Source: Hypanus sabinus
Taxonomy: Eukaryota
DNA: 64,000 bases
NCBI RefSeq assembly: GCF_030144855.1
Contig: NC_082713.1
Location: forward strand, 163,990,001-164,054,000
Direction: 5' to 3'
Part shown: in pieces, positions 12,984 through 24,858 of the stretch
Numbering within the stretch: the stretch's first letter is position 1
Layout: each line of letters begins with the position of its first letter
Notes under the pieces: generated by a model
Seen by the model: only the letters and a program-made list of their open reading frames with translations
What the model was told of the DNA's origin: nothing
The model's database searches: none
Made by a program: the position numbers and the translations under genes

Positions 12984-13593
12984 ACAGGTCTCAACTAAAT
13001 TACCTGTGTATTACTCATTGTGTAATATGATTACGGACAGTGTGGTTATTGCAGTTTCTTTGCATTAATGTATAAAGATTATACAGTAAGCAGAGTGGAA
13101 AAGTAACCTGAGCTGTATTGAAGCTTTTAAATACTGCTTTCATCAGGTTGCAAAACAAAATTTATCTGGAAATCATAGCACTGGAAATTTATAAGGCATA
13201 ATGGATCCACACCAGGTGTCGAGTCAAGTTTTATTAACCCTTAGACTTCCCTTGTAAAATAAAGTAACTAAAATAAAGTAAAATAGAGTAATCACTCTCC
13301 ATAACTTTCTTTACACTTTCCCTTTATCATCCTACCTTTATCCCCCACCTCATTCCCATCCTCTTTACCTCAGCAACCATATCAGTGAGTTAACATTACG
13401 TCTCAGGAATGTGCCACATCTTAAAGTATGGAGCTGAAATGGCAGACTGAGCAATTATATGCAAATTAAATATTATATCTGCTAACTTTGATTAATGAGC
13501 TGACAATGCACTGGGCTTTATTAATCAGACAATTCGAAAGTTAAATTGAGAGTAGCTGGACAATAAATAAGACACTAACTGTGAGCTTACTAG
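12984..13593 (+). repeat. Left arm of long inverted duplication
   Basis: Reverse complement of 15398-16044. 13108-13195 matches 15833-15920 exactly (88 bp). Confidence 0.95.
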
Positions 13594-14546
13594 TCCAGAG
13601 CATGTTGTTAATGGAGAGGCACACAAAGTTGCCACAGCCTGTGTAATAGGTAGGACTTTACCTTTCCCTCATTAAGAAACATCTCTCAGGCCATTGTACT
13701 CCAGCATGGAGAGGGGACAAGCCAAACCTTCAATGTCATATCATATCATAAAATTAAAACAAGCTCCATCCACGAAACTTCAGACAAAATTTTATCACCC
13801 AGCTGCAAACTTAATAACTTAGCTGTGTGTCAAAGCGTTCAAACAACTAAATGTTCCTGGATACCAGTGATGTTCAAAAATGTGGAAAAAATATTTAAAA
13901 AGTATTGAAAATGTTCAAACTGTTAAAATGAAGAAAGCGTTTCAAAATACCTATGAATACTTTTAAACAACTTAAATGACTAAATAAATTCAAATACATT
14001 AAGTAGATTTAAATAGGGTAAGTGAAGAAAAGTAATTCAAGATAAGGAATGGTTCAAGATCTAAGGATACAAGTGTTAAATATTGGGCAAAAAGGTACAA
14101 GGTGAATGTGGGGTAAATCTGTCCTAGTTATAGTCTTAGTCATTGAGTTCAAAGCACAGAAACAGGTTCTTTAGCCCAACCAGTCTATGCTGTTCAAATC
14201 ATCTGGCTAATCCCATCTATCTGGATCCAGCCCATAGCTGTCTAAACCCCTTCCATCTATGTACTGCACCTATCCGGATCCTCTGTGCAGAGGAATAAAC
14301 AGTTGAGGTTTCAAGCTGAGGCCCTTCTCAGCCCAATACATTCACTGATTATTCCTTTCCATAGAAGCTTCCTGATCTGCTGAGTTCCTCCTGCATTTTG
14401 TGTGTATTTTTTTTCTTGGATTTCCTGCATCTGCAGTATCTCTTGTGTTCCTGTACCTAGCAGTTTGTTCCACACTCACACCACCTTCTGAGTGAAGAAC
14501 TTGCCCCTCAGGATTCCCTTAAGTATTTCATTTTTTAACCCTAAAC

Positions 14547-14626
14547 CGGGGTTCCCAACCATCTTTTATGCCACGGACCCATGCCATTAAGCAAGGGGTC
14601 CATGGACCCCAGGTTGGGAATCCCTT
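14547..14626 (+). mobile_element. 80-bp hAT (Buster/Charlie-type) MITE
   Basis: TIRs cggggttcccaacc / aggttgggaatccctt. 8-bp TSD ccctaaac (14539-14546) / ccctagac (14627-14634). Confidence 0.85.
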
Positions 14627-15397
14627 CCCTAGACCTGTGAGATCTACTACAGAGAGTAGTTAGAACCTGGAACTCTCTTCAGGGATGGTGGAAATAGAAT
14701 CAGTCAATGTCTTCAAAATAGAAGTGAATAAGGACTTGAAGGAGAATATTTTGCAGGACTATAGAGACAGCGAGGGTGAATGGAACTAACAACATTGTTC
14801 CACAAAGAGCTGGAATAGATTCAATAGGCTGACTGTCATTTTTTTTTCTGAACTACAATATTTCTATGATTCTAAAACAATATAAATCACCATATTATCA
14901 TTGTCCCTTTTGCACAACTTCATCCCATTGAAATGGATGGACTTCCTGGGTCTAATCTCAACAACCAGATTTCTCCACATAGAAGTTCAGAGTTTCCTGA
15001 GGTTCATCTTCCTCTGCCGCAGTCCAGTGTCAGCACCTTTGGGATATCACCAGAGAAAAGCAACCAGCAATTTCCCCTACATTTTCCGCTTTGAAACAAT
15101 GGCACTCGCTCACATTCCCCAGTCAAATATTGGACATTAATGCACCAACAGCAAATAGTTTTTACATTTATCTCACAACATCAAGAAAAATGTGAATAAC
15201 ATCATCTATGCATCATGTTGTTTATCTGCACGATATTGTTTGAAATGCAATTTTTTTAAAATTTAATAATTAACAGAACACATTCTGATGGGACTATTCA
15301 TGTTGTATTTACTAACTAAAATGTATTTTGTCTTTCTGTACTTTCACTTAGAAGAATGTTCTTCAAGGGATGGGATTAAGACCTGTTAGTTATTTAC

Positions 15398-16044
15398 CTA
15401 GCAACCCACAATAAGTATCTTACTTATAGTCCCCCACTCTCAATTTAACTTCCTAAGTATCTGATTAATACAGCCCAGCACACTGTCAGCTCATTAATCA
15501 AAGATATAAAATTTAATTTGCTGATAATTGCTCAGTCTGCCATTTCAACACTGTATTCTAAGACATGGCACATTCCTGAGATGCAATATTAACTCACTAT
15601 CACATTTGCTGAGGTAAAGAGGGTGGCAGTGGAGTGGGGGAAATAGTAGGAGGGTGAAGGGAAAATAAAAATAAAGTTATGTAAGGTAGTTACTGTAATT
15701 TACACGATTAATGCTTGATCAATCTTTCAATTTTGTCTCTTCTCCAGATGACTCAGAGGTCAAGTAAACTTATTTTACAGGGGAAGTCTAAGGGTTAAAC
15801 TTTGCACAACACCTGGCGTGGATCCATTATGTCTTATAAATTTCCAGTGCTATGATTTCCAGATAAATTTTGTTTTGCAACCTGATGAAAGCAGTATTTA
15901 AAAGCTTCAATACAGCTCAGATTACTTTTCCACTCTGCTTACTGTATAATCTTTACATATTAATGCAAAGAAACTGCAATAATCACACTGTCCATAATAA
16001 TATTACACAATGAGCAATACATGGGTAATTTAGATGAGACCTGT
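15398..16044 (-). repeat. Right arm of long inverted duplication
   Basis: Reverse complement of 12984-13593, with an extra segment at ~15700-15765 that has no counterpart in the left arm. Confidence 0.95.
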
Positions 16045-16389
16045 ATTATTTGGATTTAATGCCTGTTAGCCATAAGAATAGGATTGCGAGGCCTACTCAA
16101 GAACTTTTGCACAAGGTTTGGCTGTGCTGGCAGACATTAATGAGGGCAAGCAATATTAAAGCACTAGTCTAAGGATTTTTAAATATTTATGATTGGCTTT
16201 ACTGTCACATGTACATTGAAACACGGAAACACACAGTGAAATGTGTCATTTGTCCACAACTCACTAACTCTAACCTGTACATTTTCGAAATGTGGAAAGT
16301 TTGTTTAGTGTGCCGCAAATCAAAGCCAACCTGCTTGTTTCAGATGGATCTTTAAAATGCCATGTTGATAAAATATCTAATATTTCAAT

Positions 16390-17005
16390 AACACCAGAGA
16401 TTCTACAGATGTTTGAAATCCAGAGTAACACCTTCACAATTCTGGATGAACTCCGCAGGTCAGGCAACATCTATGGAGTGGAATAAATATCCATAGTTTC
16501 AGGCCGAGACCCTTTTTCTGGGCTAATATTTCAATTATTGATGACATTATGGTGCATGGGAATAAATGCTATGTAGAAAACATGAAAAGGAAATACATTT
16601 CTACACTTTCAGGAATGTATGCAGTCCCATAGTATGCCAGGTAAATACTTAAAGGAAATAATCTTTCCTTCCCCTTCCCCTTTCTTCTATTCCCCACTCT
16701 GGCCTCTTCCTGCTTCTCACCTCCATATCACCTCCCCCTTTGTTTGCACCTCCTTCTCTTTCTCCCATGGTCCACTCTCCTCTTCTGTCAGATTCTTTCC
16801 TTTCCAGCCCTTTATGTTTCCCACCCACCTGGCTTCACTTAACACCTTCTAGCTGTCCTCCTTCCCCTTCACCCAACTTCTTATTCAGGAATTTTCCCCT
16901 TTCCTGTCCAGTCCTGGAGAAGGCTTGGCCAGAAATGCCGATTGTTTATTCATTTCCATCGATGCTACTTGAGCTGCTGCGTTCCTCCAGCATTTTTGTG
17001 TGATT
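16390..17005. mobile_element. Inverted pair of Penelope-like pLTR fragments (- at ~16390-16520, + at ~16660-17005)
   Basis: ctggatgaactccgcaggtcaggcaacatctatgg is the inverse of tcgatgctacttgagctgctgcgttcctccagc. Both copies carry degenerate hammerhead text. Confidence 0.6.
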
Positions 17006-17246
17006 TGTTTTTAGGAAATAGTTACTTTTGTTATGGAGGGGAATAATCTGTCAATTTGTGTGCAGCAATGTCAGACAATGAGGCAAATACCCACCCAATC
17101 CAGTGTTAGTGATTATTAGTCAGTGGGACACCTTTCGCTAGTTATGAGATAGGGGGCAGAGGCTAGTTAACTCACACAAGAACCAGTCTTCAAATAAAAC
17201 CTCTTTAGATGTAACCTGGTCACAATCATCAAACAGACACCATTGC

Positions 17247-17461
17247 TGATGCACCATCAATAACTCACTCTGAGACGTAAAGGCGAGATATCGGCTTTTA
17301 TTGACTGGAAGAAGGAACCAGCAGTGAGTGACCACCATACTACATCCTGGAGACTGAGAGGCCGGGCCCAGGCTAAGATCGCCTTTATACAGGGGCCTGT
17401 GGGAGGAGCCACAGGAGCAGTCTGCAGGGGGCCTGTCCAGACAGGCATATAGTTCACCACA
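17247..17461 (-). mobile_element. Solo LTR (215 bp)
   Basis: TG...CA ends and a perfect 5-bp TSD ATTGC (17242-17246, 17462-17466). On the minus strand TATAAAG (17383-17389) precedes AATAAA (17297-17302). Confidence 0.9.
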
Positions 17462-17880
17462 ATTGCTAACATCATAGGGCTTCGGTTCACCATGAGAATC
17501 TGCATAAGATTTTGGCTTTGGAAACTGACAAGACAAACTCTTCTATTAATGCTTGAATGATACCTCATCAGACTAATGAGGTTAACTTAGATGGGCATCC
17601 TGGGGAGCATGGAAATGTTGGTTCGAAGGGCTTGTTTACATGGTGTGTTACTGTTCTGCCTTTCAGTTAATTGGTTTAATTTTACTATATGATTAAGCAT
17701 GTTCAGTTTTAATTCTGAACTGAGCAGTATCAGATCTGTATAAGGTCATTTCCTGTGCAGTCAGGAAGTGGTGAGTAAGAAAACACTTTGGCTGGCAAAA
17801 AGCCAGAGGTTTATGTTAGGACTAACAGATCTTTCTATCTAAAGCCATCCGACTGTTTCTTACTATCTCTTCTTTCAGTT

Positions 17881-17916
17881 AGTCCTGACGAAGGGTGTCG
17901 GCCCGAAACATCGACT
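17881..17916 (+). ncRNA. Minimal type-I hammerhead ribozyme motif in a Penelope-like repeat
   Basis: AGTC-CTGACGA-A-GGGT-GTCG-GCCC-GAAAC-ATC-GACT: stem I AGTC/GACT, CUGANGA and GAAA boxes, stem II GGGU/GCCC, NUH = AUC. Confidence 0.65.
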
Positions 17917-18799
17917 CCAGCATTTTGTGTGTGCTACTATTTCATCGACGGTTGATGTTATATTGTTTAGAAATTAATCTAAAGGTATCAATAAGCTTTT
18001 GCTGAAATGGAATATTATTTTTCACTTTATTAGACACTAACTCAGATGATAATGGTTTGCACATACTATTTACTTGTAACACTTATTTGTCAGAATCTTA
18101 TAATATTTACCTGGAGGAAACTTAACTGAGCTCTTACCTATCTATGAGTATTTACCTGCATGAGTGGAACAACATGATAATTGCACTGTATTTTGTTGTT
18201 TTTCCATTTTCACTCATTATTTACTCTGGCATTATGTGGAATCTTCAATTAAAAAAAAACCAAAGAGCTAAGAGGCTAAACCCTGACTCTTATATAATTT
18301 TTCAATGGTGTTTGGCTGACTCTCTAGTTGATGTTACAACACGTTAACAAGGGCAGTCCAGTTACTCTATGACTCTAAACAATATAAACACTGAAACTTC
18401 GAGGCCATTGAAACCAGTCATTGAGTGTCTGGCATTCTGGTTCTGTGCCATTGTAACTATGCAGGAAAAGACAAAAAGATAAATATATATGGTAAGTGGC
18501 AATCATTGATATTCAATGTTCAAAGTATATTTATTATGGTATTTGTTTGTTATTATTAATATTTTTAATTATCACAGGGCAAAGCTTGCCTTGAAGCCTC
18601 TTGGCAAGATCAGGGAAAGAATTAACTGTCCATCTTCTGTGTTAATAAATTGTTAAAGACATATCTCTGATGCTTAATAGCACTGCAACAGTGACTATCC
18701 AGCAAGCAATCCCTCGACACCGTAATAAAAGTTATTTATTTTGGGTGTCTGGTGTTTTTTGCTCAGAACCCCTCAGGCCTGCCTGCAATACTTGAATTT

Positions 18800-21305
18800 C
18801 AAAGGTAAGGAACTGCTAGGGTAAAAAAAATAACCCTGATGGAAATGGTATACAGACCCCCAAACACTAGTAAGGATGTGGCCTACAAATTACAACAGGA
18901 GATAGAAAATGCATGCCAAAAAGACAATGTTATGATAGTTGTTGGGGGGTGGGGGGTGTGCTTCAACATGCAAGTAGATGTGAAAATCAGATTGTTGCTG
19001 AATTACAGGAGGGTGAATTTCTAGAGGGCTTACAAGATGGGTTTATAGAACAGCCCGAGTTTGAGTCCACCACAGGATCAGCTATTCTAGATTGAGTGTT
19101 AAGCAATGAACCAGAATTGCAGAGCTTAAGGAAAAATAACCCTGAGGGGTAAGTGATCATAATTTGATTGAATTCACCCTGAAACCTGAGAAGGCAAAGA
19201 TACAGTCAAATGTATCAGTATTAGAGCAAAGAGAAAGAGGTAAAGGGAATTACAGAGGCATGAGAAAGGAGCTGGCCAGAATTGATTGGAAAAGAACACT
19301 GGCAAGGATGATGGCAAAACATTATTGGCTGGATTTTTTGGAAGCAATTCGGAAGGCACAAGATATATGCATCTGAAAGAGGAAGAAGTATTCTAAAGGC
19401 AAAATGACACAACCATGACTAACAAAAGAAGTCAAAGCCAACACAAAAGCCAAAGATGGAGCATATAATAAAGTAAAAAATAGTGGAAAGTTAGAGGATT
19501 GGGAAGCTTTTAAAATCCAACAGGAGGCAGTTAAAAAAGTCATTAAGAAGGTAAAGATGGATGTCAGAAATATAGTAATGGGGGAGAACAAAATGGTGGA
19601 AAAAATGAACAAGTAATTAGCATCTGTCTTCACTATGGAAGACATTAGCAGTATGGTGGAAGTTCCAGGTTTGAAGGGTTCTCAAGTGTGTGAAGTTACC
19701 ATAACTGGAGAGAAAGTTCTTGAGAAACTGAAAAGCCTGAAGAGAGCTAAGTCACCTGGACCAGGTGTACACCCCAGAGTTCTGAAAGAGGTGGCTGGAA
19801 ACATCGAGAAGGAATGTGAATGCTCAAAAATCACTAGATTCTGGAAAGGTTTTGGAATATTGGAAAATTGAAGATATCACTCCACTCTTCAAGAAGGGAG
19901 AGATGCAAAAAAAAAAAAGGGGAAACTATAGGCTAGTTAGTCTGATCTCAGTGGTTGGGAAGATGTTGGAGTCAATGAATAAGAATGAGGTCTCAGGGTA
20001 CTTGGAGGCACATGATAAAATAGTCCATAGTCAGCATGGTTTCCTCAAGGGAAAATCTTGTCTGACAAATCTGGTGGAATTGTTTGATGAAATAACAAGT
20101 AGGATAGACAATGGAGAATTGATTGATGCTGTGTACTTAGATTTTCAGATGGTCTTTGACAATGTGCCACACATGAGGCTGCTTAACAAGCTACAAGTCC
20201 ATGGTATCACAGCAAAGATTCTAGCATGGATAAAGCAGTGGCTGATTAGCAGGTGGCAACGAGTGAGAATAAAGAGATCCTTTTCTGGCTGGCTGCCAGT
20301 GACTGGTGGTATTCCAACAGGGGTCTGTGCCATGACCAATTCTTTTTAAATTATATACTAATGAGTTGGATGATGGAATTGATGGCTTTGTTGCAAAGTT
20401 TGCAGATGATGTGAAGATAGCTGGAGGGGCAGGTAGTTCTGTGGAAGTCAAAGGGCTACAGAAGAACAGACAGATTAGGAGAATGGGCAAAGAAATGGCA
20501 GATGGAATTCAATGTTGTGAAGTGTATGGTCATGCACTTTGGTAGAAGAAACGAAAGGGTTGACTATTTTCTAAATGTTGAGAAAATACGAAAAAAACTG
20601 AGGTGTAAAGGGATTTGGGAGTCCTTGTGCAGGATTCCCTAAAGGTTAATTTGCAGGTTGAATGGTGAGGAAGGGAAATGCAATGTTAGCATTCATTTCA
20701 AGAGATCTCGAATATAAAAGCAAAGATGCAACGTTGAAACTTTATAAAGCACTGGTGAGGCCTCATGGAGTATTGTGAGCAGTTTGGGGCCCCTTATCTG
20801 AGAGAAAATGTGCTGAAACTGAAGAGGAGGTTCACAAAAATGATTCCAGGATTGAATAGTTTGTCAGATGAAAAGTGTTTGATGGCTCTAGGCCTGTATT
20901 CACTAGAATTCAGAAGAATGAGAGGTGATCTCATTGAAACCTATTGAATGGTAAAAGGCCTTGATAGAATGGATGTGGAGAGAATGTTTCCTATGACACG
21001 ACAGTCCAAGACCAAAGGACATAGCCTCAGAATAGAGGGCATCCATTTAAAATGAAGATGAGGAGGAATTTCTTTAGCCAGAGAGTGGTGAATTTATTGA
21101 ATTCCTTGCCACAGGGAGCGTTTGAGGCCAAATCTTTATGTATATTTAAGGCGAGGTTTATAGATCCTTGATTCTTCAGAGCACGAAGGGATACAGCTAG
21201 AAGGCAAGAGATTGGGACTCAGAGGAAAATTAGATCAGCCATGATGAAATGGCAGAGCAGACTCACTGGGCCAAATGCCCTAATTCTGCACTTCCATCTT
21301 GTCTT
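18800..21305 (+). mobile_element. CR1 LINE, most of ORF2 to the 3' end, degraded
   Basis: VYRPPN, SPGPGVHPRVLKEV, GNYRLVSLISVVGKMLES, QHGFLKGKSCLTNL, YLDFQ, FADD and EYCEQFGAPYLR, followed by a CR1 3'UTR. Confidence 0.9.
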
Positions 21306-21369
21306 TTGACTTGTACTTCCATGGTAAACGTGCAATTCTACAAATTTACTTGTCCACCCAAGACTTCGA

Positions 21370-21540
21370 AGTAACTGGGGGACTGCTTCATCAAGCACCT
21401 CCACTCCATTTGTCAAAAGCAGAACTTCCCAGCAGCCAAGCATTTTGTTTGCAATTCCCAATCCCTTTCCAACATGTCAGTCCCTCAGCCTGGAGGAGCA
21501 ATACCCTATATTACGTCTAGGTAGTCTCCAACCTGATAAA
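21370..21540 (+). mobile_element. Penelope-like GIY-YIG endonuclease C-terminal fragment
   Basis: Degenerate LGDCFIKHLHSIC...PAAKHF...LEEQYPILRLGSLQPD. Confidence 0.6.
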
Positions 21541-23539
21541 TAATTTCTATCATGAGTTAGATATAGGAATTGATAATGAAAAATAATGCATACAATTTTA
21601 AAGAAAGATAACATTTCCTAAAATTACATTCTCTACCTCCATCCAACAAAATTTCTCTGATGATTTAACTTGGTCTTTCTATGTAACTGCAACATGAGAC
21701 CTACATGTTAGAAATAAGTTTTTTCTGACATCTTTCCATCCAAGAGTCTCATGTCCATGTGTCTTCCTCATCTCTACATTCACTGTTGCATGTCTAGGGG
21801 CATCTGCCTTGTCAAATTCTTAATCACATTTCTTTCCCACTGACATGACAGGCTGTGGTTTTATGGTTACACACCAGTGGGTGTTGTAAAGCAGATTCGT
21901 CAATGTTTTATCTGTGCTGGGCCTTGGAGCTTTGAATCACACCTGTGCATTCCAAGTATTTGTGGTTTTCATTATTTTACGGAATAAAGAGTCTGTAGAA
22001 TCGGGACCCATTGATTAGGAAGCGTTTACCTGTCTCTTTTCAAAATTATTCAAAATAAAGTGGAGAGTGAATGTTCAAATTTTCTTTATTTCATCTGAAC
22101 AATGAATTTGTTTAACTGAAGAGATGTGCTGCTCATTGATGAGGTACTACCAGCAAAACAAAAACAACTTGTTTATACAGAACCAGCTGTATGCTTGTGA
22201 GTGACAGCAGTGGAGACATGAACAGCTCTTTCTGGATTTTGTAGATGATTAGAGGGGAAAGCAGATTGTTTATAGTAAATGAATCTTCCATCGATCATTG
22301 TCTCAATTGTTGATATTAAAATGAAGAAAAAAAGTTTGAGGAGCTTGGGCATGGTTTAATAAAACAGGATATCATGTTTATACACAGGTTTGAATATGTG
22401 AAAATTATTCCTGGTGCGTTACTAAAAATGGTCAGGAATGCAGAAAATGTTTACCTTCAAAACACCAGTATACGAAGGGCTGAAGATAATGGAACCTGTT
22501 GGGAGAGAACAGTGGATCATGGAATAAAGGTGTGGATGGGAACTAGTGAGAGGAGTTCTGTCCCTTCAGGCCCTTGTCACTTTTCCTATCACCTCCCAGT
22601 CTCCAACATCATTCCCATTCTCACTCCTCCCTCAGCAATCACCCACTCACCTGGATCAACTTATCACCTCTCAACTCTTCTTCTGTCAATATTACCTTGA
22701 TATTAATGTTCCCTCTAAGATGTGTGTGTGTGCACATGCACACATCTTTTGCTACTAGTGTACAAAGGAATTTAAACTGTGCACAAAAGGTTATCACCCT
22801 CTATCTCATTGGCATGTTAAGTATATTCACAATCGTACACAATCACATTTTCTTTTCCAGTTTCTGATGCGGACGGTGTTGACAACACAAAACTTTGCGA
22901 TGATTTGTCTGCAGATTTTAGAACTGGCTTATTAATACTGCTTTTAATGCAGAAATTATTCAGTGCGCTCATATTGTTGTCACTGGGAAAAGAAATTGCA
23001 CAGCACAAGATTTTTGAGCATACTGGTCATTGTAAATTAGAGGGAACATTGCTTGTTGTCTGGTTCCATGCCAAGGAGTCCCTTCCTCCCACTGATGACC
23101 TCTTTGCCTTTTCCCACGAAGAAGAGGAGTCCAAAATGCCTCTTCATCTTGACTACTCCTGGCCTTTCAGCCTCTCTTAACCTATTTCATTTCCGGTTGC
23201 CAACAAATCATCCACATTTACTTCTCCACTACCCTCACCAACTCCAATCATAAGACTAAAGAGCTTAAGACATAGAGGTAGAATTAGGCCATTCAGCCCA
23301 TCATTTAATCATGGCTGATTAATTTTCCATTTTAACCCTATTTAGGGCTCCATGGACTCCAGTTTGGGAATGGCTGCTGAAATCCTTGATGTCTTTACTA
23401 ATCGAGAATCTATTAAAAAACAATTTCAAGTTTACCTATGGCAATCAATTCCAAAGGTTCACAACCTTCTGGGATGTCCTTTTGTTTTGAGGCTGTGACC
23501 TCTGGTCCTACATCCTTCTACTATTGGAAACATCCTCTC

Positions 23540-24060
23540 CATTCACTCCTCATCAATCCCAATTTCATCATCAACTCCTGATTCATCCATTTCCTCATGC
23601 TCACCCCCTTCCCCTTACCACCACCCTCCCCACAATAACCCTGTTTCCCAGTTTCTTGTCCTTTTCCCATCAAGTTCCATCTGCTCCTCACCCTCCCATT
23701 TTACGCACTCATTCCCCTCCCCTCACTATTCCCCTTCTACCAGCATCCTTCCTTATCTGGTTCCATTCATCACCTTCTTCCCAAATCAGATGTCACAATT
23801 TGCAGCCCTTTGTTGCCTCCATCTGTCACCTCCCAGCCTCTGTCACTACCTCCATACCTCCCTCCAACACTTGACTCTTTCTGCCCAGCTCTCATGCTCA
23901 CCTGGATCCACCTGTCAGCCCCTTCCTCAAACCTCCTCCTCACCTCATGTACTATCTCTCCTCCACACTCTCAGTCCTGATGCAGGATCTTGACTCAAAC
24001 GTCAACTATTCCTTTCCATCAACAGATAGGGTGGACCCACTGAGTTCCTCTAGCAATATA
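23540..24060 (+). mobile_element. Pyrimidine-rich Penelope-derived 3' fragment
   Basis: Ends in cagtcctgatgcaggatcttgactcaaacgtcaact...ctgagttcctctagca (hammerhead-like with a CTGATGC variant). Confidence 0.5.
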
Positions 24061-24787
24061 CTTTTGCAAGCACAACTAGTGGATGGTGATGACCTGCTGT
24101 TCAAAGAGGACAAATGAAAATTTATAGTCTACTTCACCTGGCCCCACTTTCTACAATGATTTAAGCTCTATGTTTCAATGGTTGCAAATTGCAAATCCAG
24201 CTATTATTTAATTCTCCAACTCTAAGGCTTGTTTAATCTCATGATTGTCTTCATCAAACTTCATTTCCAGAACCTTCCAGTAATTAGCATCCCTTTTTCA
24301 TAATGGTTCCTTGAAACATGATTCAATGAACCTAGGATCTGTAAGTATCCTACTGCACCTAACGATCAGTCCGATGCTCATAAACCTTGTGTCTCTAGAC
24401 CTGTACTCTCAGATCCCATGAACAGCACCTCAGCACATGTTTTTTCTCTCTTTTCGTAATACTTACTTAATTTAGTTCTGTTATTAGTTATTGCTATGTG
24501 CTACTGCTGCATAACAACAAATTTCACAACCAGTACGCCAGTGATATTAAACCTGATTCTGAATCTGATCCAGATTCCCAAAGGCATCCCCACTACCAAC
24601 AAATGTTGATAAACTATGCTGCACCTGAAACATTGCCTCTGTTTCTCTTCCCACAGAAACCACTTGAATATTAGCAACTAGTAACTTTCAACTCATCTTT
24701 TTATATGGGTCTGCCTTAATTGACACTTCAACAATCTAGAATTTCATGAACCTCTCAAACTTAATGCCCCTGCCGCATCCTTTAAAC

Positions 24788-24858
24788 CAGGTGCTCCCAA
24801 CCTTTTTAATGTCATGGGCCCTTACCATTAACTGAGGACCCCAGGTTGGGAACACTTG
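24788..24858 (+). mobile_element. 71-bp hAT MITE (same family as 14547)
   Basis: TIRs caggtgctcccaacct / aggttgggaacacttg. Perfect 8-bp TSD ctttaaac (24780-24787, 24859-24866). Confidence 0.9.

Noticed and set aside
12984-16044. Assembly artefact or protein-coding explanation for the inverted repeat
   Set aside because: The arms differ by many substitutions and indels, so they are not a duplicated read, and the frames I checked through the core contain stops with no ORF in the track.
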